This document shows, one piece after another, positions 33,033-43,249 of a DNA stretch of 64,000 nt. The notes under the pieces are model-generated. The model was not told the origin of the DNA and made no database searches. It worked only from the letters and a program-made list of their open reading frames with translations. The translations under genes were made by a program, and so were the position numbers. Position 1 is the first letter of the stretch, and the number at the start of each line of letters is the position of its first letter. Location of the stretch: assembly GCA_965205975.1 (NCBI GenBank), contig OZ242195.1:64001-128000 (forward strand), read 5' to 3'. The stretch comes from Candidatus Latescibacterota bacterium. GTDB taxonomy: Bacteria > Latescibacterota > UBA2968.

Positions 33033-33596
33033 TTAGGGCAGATTGTCGAGGAGTTTTGCAACGGACCAATCACCTTCGGCGCGAATGTCCAGGGTGAATC
33101 GTTGTCCAGTATCTTTTCTGCGTTCGGCAATCACCGCTGAACCGTTGTAAAGCTGGTGCAACAACGCCTGAAGATCGTCCTTTATGGCATTGTGCGTGTT
33201 TTCTGTATTGGGAGCATTGAGGCGGTCGTTGAGGATGAGCCTGAGTTCATTTCCTCGGAAAGCGACCGCTTCTTCTGTTTCAAGACGCTGGCAGATTGTA
33301 CAGGCCGCGCGAATCGCTGAGGATAATTGTTGTGCAAAATTACCTCCGTTGGGTTGCTTGCGGTTGTAGAGCAAGCCGCGTTTTGCGTCCGTGTCGTCAA
33401 TGCTGATGTCGTATTCGTGGCCGATGAGCAGGGTTACGGGACCGTTGGGTACGTGACTGTAATCGGCTACATCGAGTAGCACATTGGCCCCATTGTGGGC
33501 AGAAATCCAGTTGTTGAAGGTTTTGAACCAGGTTCCAGGTGCGATATTGTGTCCCTGATCGAGATAAAATTTGACGCTGATTTTATGGGTTGGCAT
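33033..33596 (-). CDS. Conserved hypothetical protein in operon with nitrite/sulfite reductase
   Basis: 187-aa ORF, 9 bp from the reductase stop; LLDVADYSHVPNGP motif. Confidence 0.8.
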   Translation of the reverse strand: MPTHKISVKFYLDQGHNIAPGTWFKTFNNWISAHNGANVLLDVADYSHVPNGPVTLLIGHEYDISIDDTDAKRGLLYNRKQPNGGNFAQQLSSAIRAACTICQRLETEEAVAFRGNELRLILNDRLNAPNTENTHNAIKDDLQALLHQLYNGSAVIAERRKDTGQRFTLDIRAEGDWSVAKLLDNLP

Positions 33597-33605
33597 AATT
33601 ACCTT

Positions 33606-35834
33606 TCACACCACATTCATTTGACCATAACAGGCATAGGCTTCTTCGATGAAGAGCTGGGCTTCTTCGACGACCTGATGGGCAATGTCGCGGGTGTATT
33701 CGGCGACTTCCTCTTCGTGTACGCGGAAGAGATAATTGGCAAATTTTGCGCCGGCAAACTGGTTGTAGAACAACTCGGTATCGCAAAAGCGCGTGCGAAA
33801 CTCTTCGACAATGACACTGGCCTCTTCTGGCACGTCGAGATACTGCGTTTTGACCAGTGCTTTGGCGGCGTGCAACATGGCGCTGAAAGCCGTTTTGTAC
33901 GCGACTTCGTAGTCGCCTTCCTCCAGGTAAATCTGCGATTCAAAGGATTCGGTTTCGCAGCCGGACAGTTCAAATTGCACCAGTGAAACCACTTCGCCAG
34001 CGCATTCGCCTTTGCCCATATCGCCGAGTGTAAATTCCCGCGTGTCGCCCCAGTCTGTATAGTAAGAGGGATCTATTTCGTGCATGGGAACCTGCGTGAA
34101 GCCCTGAAGCAGGTCTTTGACGTCTTTTTTTCCGATGCGCTGAATATAGGCCTGGAAGCTTTCGTCTTTTTCGCGGTTTTCAACATAATTGCCGGTGATA
34201 CGTTCGATGACAGCCGGAATATTTTTTGAGGGAATAGCACCCATGGCAAGACCATAAGATCCCGCATTTTCGGTCCATTGTCCGCCGAGTACGACCTGGA
34301 AGTGCGGCACGGTATAGCCATTAATTTTTCGACTGTTGCCGTAAAAACCGAGATCGGCTACGTGGTGTTGGCCACAGGAGTTAAAACACCCGCTGATTTT
34401 GATGCGGAAGTTTTTGATGGCATCGTCGAGTTGGAGGTTCTGTTGCGCCAATTGCGTTCGCAACTCCGCTGCGAGACCACGCGACGAGGAAATGCCCAAT
34501 TTGCAGGTGTCGGTGCCCGGGCACGCAGTGACATCGACAATGGTACCAGCTCCTGGTTCGGCTAATTCCAGTTCACAAAGGTCATTGTAGAGTGAAACGA
34601 CATCGGATTCGCTGACCCATCGCAGGATAATGTTTTGCTCGACGGTGGTGCGAATGGTGTCTTTGACGTATTTGCGCGCGATATCGGCCAGGTTTCGCAT
34701 CTGGTCGGATGTGATATCCCCCAGCGGCAGAGATATGGTTGCGACTACATAGCCTTCTTGCCGTTGTTTGTAGATGTTGGTTTCAGCCCAGGCGTCAAAT
34801 GCTTCGGGACGCGCAACTCCATTGAGGGGGGCAGCGATTTTGAGGGGTTCTTCAACGTAGTTATCCAGGTCGTCGAGATAGGCTGCCCACACCGGGTCTT
34901 CGGGCAGGATTTTGCGTTCTTCTTCGACCAGACGAATAAACTCTTCAATGCCGAGTTTGGCGACGAGGAATTTGATACGCGCCCGTGCGCGATTTGTTTT
35001 TTCGCCCAGGCGGGCAAAAACACGGCATATTGCCTGCGCTGTGGGCAAGAGTTCTTCGGGAGGCAGAAATTCCGAGTAGAGCTTGGCCTGGTGGGGCACG
35101 GCGCCCAAACCGCCGCCGACGTAGGTTTCGAACCCGCGTTTGCCGTCTTTGATACGCGCGATCATGCCCATGTCGTGCATGCTGGTCAGACCGCATGCTT
35201 CCTGGGCGCATCCGGAAAAGGCAATTTTGAATTTGCGACCAAAGTCCTGACAGTCGGGGTGTCCGAGGAGGAATTGGGCAAGGGCATGAGAATACGGCGT
35301 GACATCAAATGTTTCGGTGTGACACACGCCCGAGAGCGGACAGGCCGTGACATTGCGGATGGAGTTTCCGCAGGCTTCGCGGGTGGTAATGCCCACGGCG
35401 GCGAGGCGGCGCATGAGGTCGGGTGTGTCTTCGATGTGTATGTAGTGGATTTGAACATCCTGGCGCGTGGTGATGTGCAATATGCCGTCAGAATATTCCT
35501 CGGCTATGTCGGCCAATACCTCCATTTGATCGGTGGTAAGACCGCCATAAGGAATTTTGATGCGCTGCATACCTGGCGCATCCCAGACCGTGTCTGGTCC
35601 TTTGAGGAGGTCGCCGCTGGGATAGTCGAGTGCTTTGGTTATTTGGCCGTCAAAACGCTGCCCATTGTCGTAGCGCTGGCCGTAAACACCGCGGCGAAGA
35701 CGGGTTTCGGCAAAGACGCGGTCATCAATTTGTCCCTGTTTTTTTTGTTCGATCTGCGCTTCAAACGTATCGATTTCAGCACCTATATCTTCCGGGATCA
35801 AATCGCGCAATTCTTCTTTCCAGTTCGCGTTCAT
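33606..35834 (-). CDS. Siroheme/4Fe-4S nitrite or sulfite reductase with C-terminal HEPN-like helical domain
   Basis: RLRRGVYGQR, HITTRQD, ACGNSIRN, RKFKIAFSGC, CPGTDTC and SGCFNSC ligands. Confidence 0.88.
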   Translation of the reverse strand: MNANWKEELRDLIPEDIGAEIDTFEAQIEQKKQGQIDDRVFAETRLRRGVYGQRYDNGQRFDGQITKALDYPSGDLLKGPDTVWDAPGMQRIKIPYGGLTTDQMEVLADIAEEYSDGILHITTRQDVQIHYIHIEDTPDLMRRLAAVGITTREACGNSIRNVTACPLSGVCHTETFDVTPYSHALAQFLLGHPDCQDFGRKFKIAFSGCAQEACGLTSMHDMGMIARIKDGKRGFETYVGGGLGAVPHQAKLYSEFLPPEELLPTAQAICRVFARLGEKTNRARARIKFLVAKLGIEEFIRLVEEERKILPEDPVWAAYLDDLDNYVEEPLKIAAPLNGVARPEAFDAWAETNIYKQRQEGYVVATISLPLGDITSDQMRNLADIARKYVKDTIRTTVEQNIILRWVSESDVVSLYNDLCELELAEPGAGTIVDVTACPGTDTCKLGISSSRGLAAELRTQLAQQNLQLDDAIKNFRIKISGCFNSCGQHHVADLGFYGNSRKINGYTVPHFQVVLGGQWTENAGSYGLAMGAIPSKNIPAVIERITGNYVENREKDESFQAYIQRIGKKDVKDLLQGFTQVPMHEIDPSYYTDWGDTREFTLGDMGKGECAGEVVSLVQFELSGCETESFESQIYLEEGDYEVAYKTAFSAMLHAAKALVKTQYLDVPEEASVIVEEFRTRFCDTELFYNQFAGAKFANYLFRVHEEEVAEYTRDIAHQVVEEAQLFIEEAYACYGQMNVV

Positions 35835-35945
35835 AAGTATATCACCTGTGGCGAAGATTGTAGATTGAACATGATCAAAAAGCGAATGTGAAACTTAGTG
35901 TATTATGGGGATTTGTCAAGGGTAAAAGGTAAGAGGTGAGAGGTA

Positions 35946-36956
35946 TTATCCCCCAATTTGATACATTTCGATTTTGCGCGTTGTAGGGGTGTGAGCAGAG
36001 CGGATTTCGGAGTAGCGGTCTGTGCGGCGGTGCCATATCCGGGTGATCTGGTCGCGGAGATGGGCGTTGGACGCGCCTTGTCGCAGGGCATCGCGCAGGT
36101 CTGTTCCTTCTGAGGCGAAGAGACAGGTGTAGAGTTTGCCGTCGGTGGATAAGCGGGCGCGCGTACAGTCGCCGCAAAAGGGTTGCGTGACAGAGGCGAT
36201 GACTCCGATTTCACCGCCGCCGTCGAGATAGCGATAGCGTTTTGCGACTTCGCCTGTGTAGTTGGGGTCGAGAGGCTCGATAGGTAAGACGGTGTGAATG
36301 CGGTTGATAATTTCTGCGGCGGGCACGACCTGATCCAGGTTCCAGTTGTTGCGATTGCCCACGTCCATAAACTCGATGAATCGCAGGATGTGTCCCGTGT
36401 TGTGGAAGTGTTGGGCAAGGTCGATAACGAGGTGGTCGTTGATGCCTTTTTGAACGACTGCGTTGATTTTTATCGCCTGAAAACCCGCCTTTTCAGCAGC
36501 GAGGATGCCTTCGAGTACTCGCTCGGTGCCATGGGTGCGACCGCTCATGCGATTAAATGTCTGGTCGTCAATCGCATCGAGGCTCACGGTGAGCCGGTGC
36601 AGGCCTGCGTCTTTGAGGTTCTGCGCTTTGTCAGCGAGGAGATAGCCGTTGGTGGTGAGGGTGAGGTCTTGAATACCCGAGATTTGCGACAGTTTGGCGA
36701 TGAGGGTTCCGAGGTCTCGGCGCAGGAGGGGTTCTCCGCCGGTAACGCGGATTTTGGTGACGCCGAGATCCGCGAAAATTCTGGCGAGGCGGGTGATTTC
36801 TTCAAAGGTGAGGATTTCTGCTTTGGGAAGAAATTCGTATTTTTCGCCAAAAATCTCAGCGGGCATGCAATAGGGGCAGCGGAAATTGCATTTGTCGGTG
36901 ACCGAGATACGCAGGTCGCGGATAGGGCGTTGCAAGGTGTCGAGAAGGTCGGACAT
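35946..36956 (-). CDS. moaA: GTP 3',8-cyclase
   Basis: LRISVTDKCNFRCPYCMP, TGGEPLLR, FCGDCTRARL...C, C-terminal IGG. Confidence 0.96.
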   Translation of the reverse strand: MSDLLDTLQRPIRDLRISVTDKCNFRCPYCMPAEIFGEKYEFLPKAEILTFEEITRLARIFADLGVTKIRVTGGEPLLRRDLGTLIAKLSQISGIQDLTLTTNGYLLADKAQNLKDAGLHRLTVSLDAIDDQTFNRMSGRTHGTERVLEGILAAEKAGFQAIKINAVVQKGINDHLVIDLAQHFHNTGHILRFIEFMDVGNRNNWNLDQVVPAAEIINRIHTVLPIEPLDPNYTGEVAKRYRYLDGGGEIGVIASVTQPFCGDCTRARLSTDGKLYTCLFASEGTDLRDALRQGASNAHLRDQITRIWHRRTDRYSEIRSAHTPTTRKIEMYQIGG

Positions 36957-36966
36957 TGTGATACCA

Positions 36967-37983
36967 TTAGAATTTTAAGATTGTCCATACGGGTACGTGA
37001 TCCGAAGCAAAGTCGCCGCGTGTGGTATAGACGATTTCTCCATCAGAGAAACTGATGCGCGAGCGGGTTCCCTTCACGGCTTCGGCGTGGGTGAAAATGC
37101 CCGATGATTGGACGTGATTCTTCAGGTTTCGGGATACGAGGATTTGATCGAAAAGAATCGCTTTGACTTTGACATCTCGCACAAAATTGTGGGGTCTGTC
37201 TCGCCATTTGTTGTTTTCTGCGCGCGCACCCGGAACCATAGGGTCAAAGGTATCGCTTTCGATTTTGTCGTAGAGATAGTTGTATCCATAAGAACAATAG
37301 TTCGAATCCAACAAGGCTTCGGACGTGTTGTAGAGAAATGCATCGGGCATGTGGTCAATTCCGGCAAGTGCGTCGGGATTGCCGGATTCGAGAATGTTGA
37401 GCGAGCGGTCGTCGGGGTTGTCGTTGAAGTCGCCGAGCAATACGATGTGGTCGTATTTCACGCGGCTGGTGAGATAGCGCATGGTCATGGTCGCGCTGGC
37501 TTCTCGGCGCAGGCTGGTTTTGGCGCGCCCGCCCGATCGCGATTTGGCGTGGTGAACCAGAATTATCAAGCGGCGGCCATATCCTTCGACATAAGCCTGG
37601 AGGAGGTCGCGCTTTCGGGGAAATGCCTGGTCGTGTACTTTTTCGGGAAAGACCATTTTGAGGTCGGTAATTTCATAAGGCTCGCGCACAGCTATGGCGA
37701 GTTCCTGGAGTTCTTCGGGATCATCGAGCATGCCAATGGTATAGTTGTCGGGCAAAATGCGTTCGAGTGAGGATTTTGATTGGATTTCCTGAAACCCGAT
37801 GATGTCCGCATTGAGTTTGTCTATAACTGTTTGCAGGCGTTCCTGACGCGCAGCGGAAATGCCATCGTCGAGCCAATAGATGTTGTAAGTCGCAACCTTG
37901 ATCTCGGCGGGCTGTGGACCACACGCAAAAAATAGAAGCAGAATTAGGGAGGCGAGATATGTCCTCCTTACGCGTTTTTGCAT
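36967..37983 (-). CDS. Endonuclease/exonuclease/phosphatase family protein, probably lipoprotein
   Basis: Lipobox-like FFAC; TYNI, QEI, GDFND, FDQI, SDH.PV. Confidence 0.85.
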   Translation of the reverse strand: MQKRVRRTYLASLILLLFFACGPQPAEIKVATYNIYWLDDGISAARQERLQTVIDKLNADIIGFQEIQSKSSLERILPDNYTIGMLDDPEELQELAIAVREPYEITDLKMVFPEKVHDQAFPRKRDLLQAYVEGYGRRLIILVHHAKSRSGGRAKTSLRREASATMTMRYLTSRVKYDHIVLLGDFNDNPDDRSLNILESGNPDALAGIDHMPDAFLYNTSEALLDSNYCSYGYNYLYDKIESDTFDPMVPGARAENNKWRDRPHNFVRDVKVKAILFDQILVSRNLKNHVQSSGIFTHAEAVKGTRSRISFSDGEIVYTTRGDFASDHVPVWTILKF

Positions 37984-38041
37984 ACAAATCTCCAGATAGG
38001 AACAGGAAGAGACGACCTGTCCAATAATATACACGATTGCG

Positions 38042-38080
38042 AAAAAAATAAAAGGGCGGCGGTTTATACCGTCGCCCTTT
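38042..38080 (-). terminator. Rho-independent terminator after smc
   Basis: Stem AAAGGGCGGCGGT/ACCGTCGCCCTTT plus U-run on minus strand. Confidence 0.85.
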
Positions 38081-38099
38081 GTGTTGTCTGAGGTTGGGA

Positions 38100-41000
38100 T
38101 CAATCGTCATCTGCGGGTTGTGCCACGGCCTCAGTGAACGAGTCAACACTATCGACCTGGTTTTCGCTATCGCTGGATATTTTGACGGAAACGAGCCTGG
38201 AGACGCCGGGTTCTTCCATGGTCACGCCGTGCAGGGTTTCGCCAGATTCCATCGTCCCTTTGTTGTGGGTGACGACGATGAACTGCGACTGTTTGGCAAA
38301 TTTTTGGATGACTTTTACAAAGCGTGCGATATTGGCGTCATCGAGAGGTGCATCGACCTCATCGAGGACGCAAAATGGGCTGGGTTTGACCAGATAAATT
38401 GCAAATAGAAGAGCGATGGCCGTCAGCGCGCGTTCTCCGCCGGAAAGCAGGTTAATGCTCTGAAGGCGTTTGCCCCAGGGCCGTGCTGTGATGATGATGG
38501 GGGCCTCGAGGGGATCTTCTTCGGGCGGCATGGTCAGGTCGGCTTCGCCGCCTTCAAAAAATTCCTGGAATGTATTCTGGAAGTTTTCTCGAATGCGACC
38601 AAAGGTATTGAGAAAGCGCTGGCGCGCCGTGCGGTCGATGCGCGTGATGGTGCGCTTGACGATTTCTTCTGCCTCCAGAAGGTCGTCGCGTTGATGCGTG
38701 AGAAATTCAAGACGTTCTTTTTGAACTTCGTACTCTTCGAGTGCCGCCAGGTTGACAGACCCCATGCGCCGCATACGCTCTTGTAGTTCGTGGGTCTTTT
38801 TTTCTGCCATATCCGCGTTAAATTCTGGATCTCGAAAACGCCCCTGTTCGGCAATATCGACTTCGTAATCGCGTTTGAGGCGTTCGATGATCCCCTCACC
38901 GCGCTCTTTGATGTGCGCCATGGCGACTTGAATTTCGCTCAAACGCTGGCGGTGTTGTGTTGTGCGGCGGTTTTTTTCGCGCAACTTTTCTTCAATGGCG
39001 CGCGCTGCCATCACGATTTCGTGTTGTCTGTGCGCTTGTGCATCGCGTTTGTGCTCAATGCGGGATTGTTGTTTGTGCAGGACTTCCAGTTCGCCCGACG
39101 CTGTTCCGATGCTTTCTTCGCGTTCGTGTTTGCGTTTTTTGCTTTCATCGGCCTCGCCAGACAATCGCTCGATTTCGCGGGCAATGGCTTCGCGCTCTCG
39201 GCCCTGGCGCACGGCTTCGTGTGCCAGGCTTTCGATGCGTTCTTTCAAAGAAGCGATTTCCACGCGCACAGCAGCGACGCCATCTTGAAGTACGCGCCTC
39301 TGATGTTCTTTTTTCCGCAAGTCTTCATCGGCACGGCGAACCACATCTTCGAGGGTCTCGCGTTTGGCGTCGAGCTTTGTTTGCGCCTCCTCTGACTGGG
39401 AAATCAGATGCATCAATTCGCTTTCGCGCTGTGCGAGTTGTGCAGTCTCCTGGTCGAGTTCTGTTACAGCCCGGGCCTGGCGTTTGGCTTCTGTTTCGGC
39501 ATTTTGTCGGTCTCTTTGAAGGCCCGCACGGCGGTTGTGCAAATCGGCCAATGCGTTATCGCGGACCTCAATTTGCGCGAGGTGTTTGTCGAGTGCTTTG
39601 AGCGTGCGTGCCAGTTGTGTTTCGATTTTTGAGAACTCGGATTTGGCGGATTCTATGGCCGACTGGAGATCGTCAATTTGTTGCTGGCGACCAATAAGGC
39701 CCGATTCTGAGGTTGCATCTGCACCGCCATATACCGTGCCATCGGCGGAAAAAACTTCGCCGCTGAGTGTCACTATTTCAATGTCTTTAGCATGCATGGC
39801 ACCACTGTGAACAATCGCGGTTTGTGTATCGCTTACAATCAGGGTATGGCGCAACAGCGCAGATACGGCACCGTGTATATCGCGCTGTGGGTTTAACAGA
39901 TCGCTTGCCAGTCCGATAATCCCCTCTCCTTCGGGAACTTCGCTGAGCACGCCATTGGTAGTGATGATGCGTTCGAGGGGCAAAAATGCGGCGGCTCCGT
40001 GCTCTCCTTGTCGAAGAAAATCAATGGCCCAACGCGCGTCGTCGGTATTGCTGACGATCAAACATTCCAGTGCTCGTCCCAGCGCGGCTTCAATTGCGGT
40101 GACATATTCTGGCTCAACATCAACCATGTCGGCGACGACACCCTGTATGCGATTGGAAAAAGGCGAATCCACAGCCAGTGCGCGCACGCCTTTAGAATAG
40201 CCTTCAAAGCCTTCTCTCAGTTTTTGGAGGAGGGCGACTCGCGCCTGATCGGCTTCGATATTTGCGCGCAAGCGGTTGCGCGATTCGATTTGTTCATCGC
40301 GCTGGGCAATACAGCGATCTCGACCGGCGATCTGTTGCTGTCGTTCTTCGGTGTGTTGGGCAATTTGACTTTCAACGGCGGCGATTTGTTCTGCGGACTG
40401 ATTAGCCGTTTCGTCAGCCTCCTGACGGCGTGCAGCCACGCGTTCAATATCCTGGGTTAAACGCTCCTGCCGCTGGACGATACCCTCGCGCTCGGCCTGC
40501 AGGCGCTCGAGTCCCTTGCCCTGATCGCTATTTTGGCGCAATAGATCCATCAACTGAGATTTTTGGGCATCGACTTGTGTGCGCTGTGTGTCCAGATCCT
40601 GGATTTCGGCTTCAAGTTCGGTGGTTTCCTCTTCGAGTTTTGCTTCTGCAGCTTCGAGTCGCTCGGCGGCTTTTTGCCTGTCTTGCTCGGCGGCTTTTTG
40701 GCCTTTTTGTGCGCTGTCAAGACGTAACTTGAGCGATTTTTGTTGATGCTCGGCGCGTTCTAAAAATGCCTGAATATTGCGCACTTCTTCGCGTGCAACG
40801 AGTATCTCGCTATCTTTGCTGTGTACGCGCTCAATGTGTTGCGATAGCTCGATATTGGCCTGGGCCAGTGCGCGATCCTGGTCGGTTAGTTCGGCGCGCA
40901 TTTCTTCGAGTTGAGCCTCGAGGGTGGTCATGTCGGTTTCTGAAATTTCGATGTCTTCTTTGAGGAAGACCATTTCCTCGCGCAGCGGTCCAGATTGGTC

Positions 41001-41714
41001 GGCCAGGTCGAAGTATTGGAACCGCGCCAGTTTGATTTCGAGGTCGCGCAATTCATCCGATAGTGTTTTATAGAGCCTTGCTTTGCGCTCTTGCCGTTGT
41101 AGCGATGCGACTTGGCGTTGGATTTCTCCGAGCCAGTCTTCCATTCGCTGCAGGTCTTGTTGCACGGCGATGAGCCGATTCCACGCAGATCGGCGTCGAA
41201 TTTTATACCGCGTTACACCAGCGGCTTCTTCAAAGCACCGTCGGCGTTCTTCGGCGTTGTCACTGATGATCTCATCTACCATGCCTTGTTCGATAACATA
41301 AGAAGACTGCGTGCCCAGCCCGGTGTCCATCAGCAAGTTTTGAATGTCTTTCAGGCGACACGGAATTTTATTGAGCAGGTAGTCGCTTTCGCCGGATCGG
41401 AACAGACGGCGGGTAATGGTGACTTCGGAAAATTCGGTGGGCAAAACTTTTTGTGAATTATCGAGTGTGAGCGATACTTCGGCCATACCGAGGGGTTTGC
41501 GCGAGCGCGTACCGGAAAAAATCACGTCTCCCATACTGCCGCTGCGCAAAGACCGGGGGCGCTGTTCGCCCAGTGCCCAGCGCAATGCATCAACCACATT
41601 GGACTTGCCACAACCATTTGGTCCCACGACACATGTGATGCCTTTTTGGAGGGGCATGTCGAGCTTTTGTGCAAAGGACTTAAAACCCAGTGCTTGCAAA
41701 CGAGTCAGGTGCAA
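38100..41714 (-). CDS. smc: Chromosome segregation protein SMC
   Basis: GFKSF, GPNGCGKSN, long coiled coils with hinge, LSGGE, LDEVDAPLD. Confidence 0.97.
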   Translation of the reverse strand: MHLTRLQALGFKSFAQKLDMPLQKGITCVVGPNGCGKSNVVDALRWALGEQRPRSLRSGSMGDVIFSGTRSRKPLGMAEVSLTLDNSQKVLPTEFSEVTITRRLFRSGESDYLLNKIPCRLKDIQNLLMDTGLGTQSSYVIEQGMVDEIISDNAEERRRCFEEAAGVTRYKIRRRSAWNRLIAVQQDLQRMEDWLGEIQRQVASLQRQERKARLYKTLSDELRDLEIKLARFQYFDLADQSGPLREEMVFLKEDIEISETDMTTLEAQLEEMRAELTDQDRALAQANIELSQHIERVHSKDSEILVAREEVRNIQAFLERAEHQQKSLKLRLDSAQKGQKAAEQDRQKAAERLEAAEAKLEEETTELEAEIQDLDTQRTQVDAQKSQLMDLLRQNSDQGKGLERLQAEREGIVQRQERLTQDIERVAARRQEADETANQSAEQIAAVESQIAQHTEERQQQIAGRDRCIAQRDEQIESRNRLRANIEADQARVALLQKLREGFEGYSKGVRALAVDSPFSNRIQGVVADMVDVEPEYVTAIEAALGRALECLIVSNTDDARWAIDFLRQGEHGAAAFLPLERIITTNGVLSEVPEGEGIIGLASDLLNPQRDIHGAVSALLRHTLIVSDTQTAIVHSGAMHAKDIEIVTLSGEVFSADGTVYGGADATSESGLIGRQQQIDDLQSAIESAKSEFSKIETQLARTLKALDKHLAQIEVRDNALADLHNRRAGLQRDRQNAETEAKRQARAVTELDQETAQLAQRESELMHLISQSEEAQTKLDAKRETLEDVVRRADEDLRKKEHQRRVLQDGVAAVRVEIASLKERIESLAHEAVRQGREREAIAREIERLSGEADESKKRKHEREESIGTASGELEVLHKQQSRIEHKRDAQAHRQHEIVMAARAIEEKLREKNRRTTQHRQRLSEIQVAMAHIKERGEGIIERLKRDYEVDIAEQGRFRDPEFNADMAEKKTHELQERMRRMGSVNLAALEEYEVQKERLEFLTHQRDDLLEAEEIVKRTITRIDRTARQRFLNTFGRIRENFQNTFQEFFEGGEADLTMPPEEDPLEAPIIITARPWGKRLQSINLLSGGERALTAIALLFAIYLVKPSPFCVLDEVDAPLDDANIARFVKVIQKFAKQSQFIVVTHNKGTMESGETLHGVTMEEPGVSRLVSVKISSDSENQVDSVDSFTEAVAQPADDD

Positions 41715-42033
41715 TGAAAACCTCCTACTCGAATCTTTTTAAGAACATAAGATGCGAAAAAACAAGGGAATATATTAACATAAGTCAGGACATCTGTGTG
41801 TCAAAACCCGATGGGGAAAATAGGGGATGCACTTTGGACTGCATTTATACACAGCAATCTGGGGAGATTTGGGGGACTACATTTTGTGGAGGGGAAGGTT
41901 GTTATCTGTCGCTATAATACTATATCTTGTGGCAGTCGTCAAGGGTAAAAAACGGTCGATGGATCGACGCAATGTGAAGGAGTGGTACCCCTGTACCTGC
42001 CCGTTGAGATGTTAGGGTGGGGTTCTTTGGCGA

Positions 42034-42062
42034 TTGACATTATATCAGGGGCGGTCTAATTT
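42034..42062 (+). promoter_or_regulatory. Sigma70-like promoter
   Basis: TTGACA-17 nt-TAATTT upstream of AGGAG and ATG 42113. Confidence 0.5.
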
Positions 42063-42112
42063 AGGCATGGCGTTTCGCACCTGTGCAACACTTTCACAGA
42101 ATAGGAGTTTTT

Positions 42113-43243
42113 ATGCTGAATTTACACGGTGAAAAAATTGTCCGAATTGAAAAAGTGGTTATGAAATTTAAGCGTCCCCGCCTGATCGGGCGCAATGCGC
42201 GGATTGGCGTTCACGGGGATATGGTGACGGATCCCGTGGTTCGCGTCCACACAAATAGTGGTGCTATTGGCGTTGGATGGTCGCGGTTGGGACGGGAAGA
42301 AGCCGAGTCATTGGTGGGTAAAAGCATTGGGGATGTGTTCCAATTGCCGGGGGGATCAAACGACGCTGGAGCGGCGATTGATTTGCCTTTGTGGGATCTG
42401 GCGGCCAAATTATTGGATCAGCCGTTGTACAAACTTCTGGGTGCTCGGGGTGCTCGGGCGGTGGAGTTGTACGATGGCTCGGTTTATATCGACGATCTGG
42501 ATGCTTCGGACGAGGAGGCTGTGGAGATATTCCAGGACGAAGTGAAGACCGGACACGATTACGGGTATAAAAATTTTAAAATTAAAATCGGTCGCGGCGC
42601 GCGCTGGATGCCTGTTACAGAAGGTACAGATCGAGATGTTCTGGTTATTCACATTGTTCGGGAAGCCGCTGGCGCAGATGCAAAAATACTCGTTGATGCG
42701 AATAATGGCACGACACTCAATATTGCAAAAGACATTCTCGATCGCTGTGAAGATGTGGGGATTTACTGGTTTGAAGAACCGTTTCCCGAAGATGGGGCTT
42801 TTAACGAGGATTTTAAGCAGTTCATCGTTGAGAAAGGATACGATACGCTCGTCGCTGATGGGGAATCGGGTCCTCCGCCACCCAGCTATTTTGATATGGT
42901 CAAAAAGGGATGGATTGATGTGGTGCAACACGATTTTCGCGCCAAGGGTCTTACGTGGTGGCGCGAGACTGCCGCGATGATCGAACCGTGGGGCGGCCGG
43001 TGTGCGCCTCACTGCTGGGGTAGTTTGATCGAGCGCTATGCCCACGCGCATTTTGCGGCATCAGTTCCTCATTTTGCGCTTCAAGAAGCCGCTCCCGCAG
43101 ATATGCCGGGCATTGTGCTGGATGGCTGGACGATGCAGGACGGATGTTTGATGGTGCCAGATACGCCCGGTACGGGGTTTGACCTCGAGGCAGATGTGAT
43201 TGAAGAGGGCGTGAAGCGAGAAGACGGGTTCAGGGTGGGCTAA
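42113..43243 (+). CDS. Mandelate racemase/muconate lactonizing (enolase superfamily) protein
   Basis: DLPLWDL, FKIKIG, VDAN, WFEEP, ADGE, PHCWG, PGTG. Confidence 0.88.
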   Translation: MLNLHGEKIVRIEKVVMKFKRPRLIGRNARIGVHGDMVTDPVVRVHTNSGAIGVGWSRLGREEAESLVGKSIGDVFQLPGGSNDAGAAIDLPLWDLAAKLLDQPLYKLLGARGARAVELYDGSVYIDDLDASDEEAVEIFQDEVKTGHDYGYKNFKIKIGRGARWMPVTEGTDRDVLVIHIVREAAGADAKILVDANNGTTLNIAKDILDRCEDVGIYWFEEPFPEDGAFNEDFKQFIVEKGYDTLVADGESGPPPPSYFDMVKKGWIDVVQHDFRAKGLTWWRETAAMIEPWGGRCAPHCWGSLIERYAHAHFAASVPHFALQEAAPADMPGIVLDGWTMQDGCLMVPDTPGTGFDLEADVIEEGVKREDGFRVG

Positions 43244-43249
43244 TAAACC

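Noticed and set aside
41715..42112. ncRNA or riboswitch in the ~400-bp divergent gap upstream of smc
   Set aside because: No recognisable conserved motif or convincing long stem by eye; would need an Rfam/Infernal search
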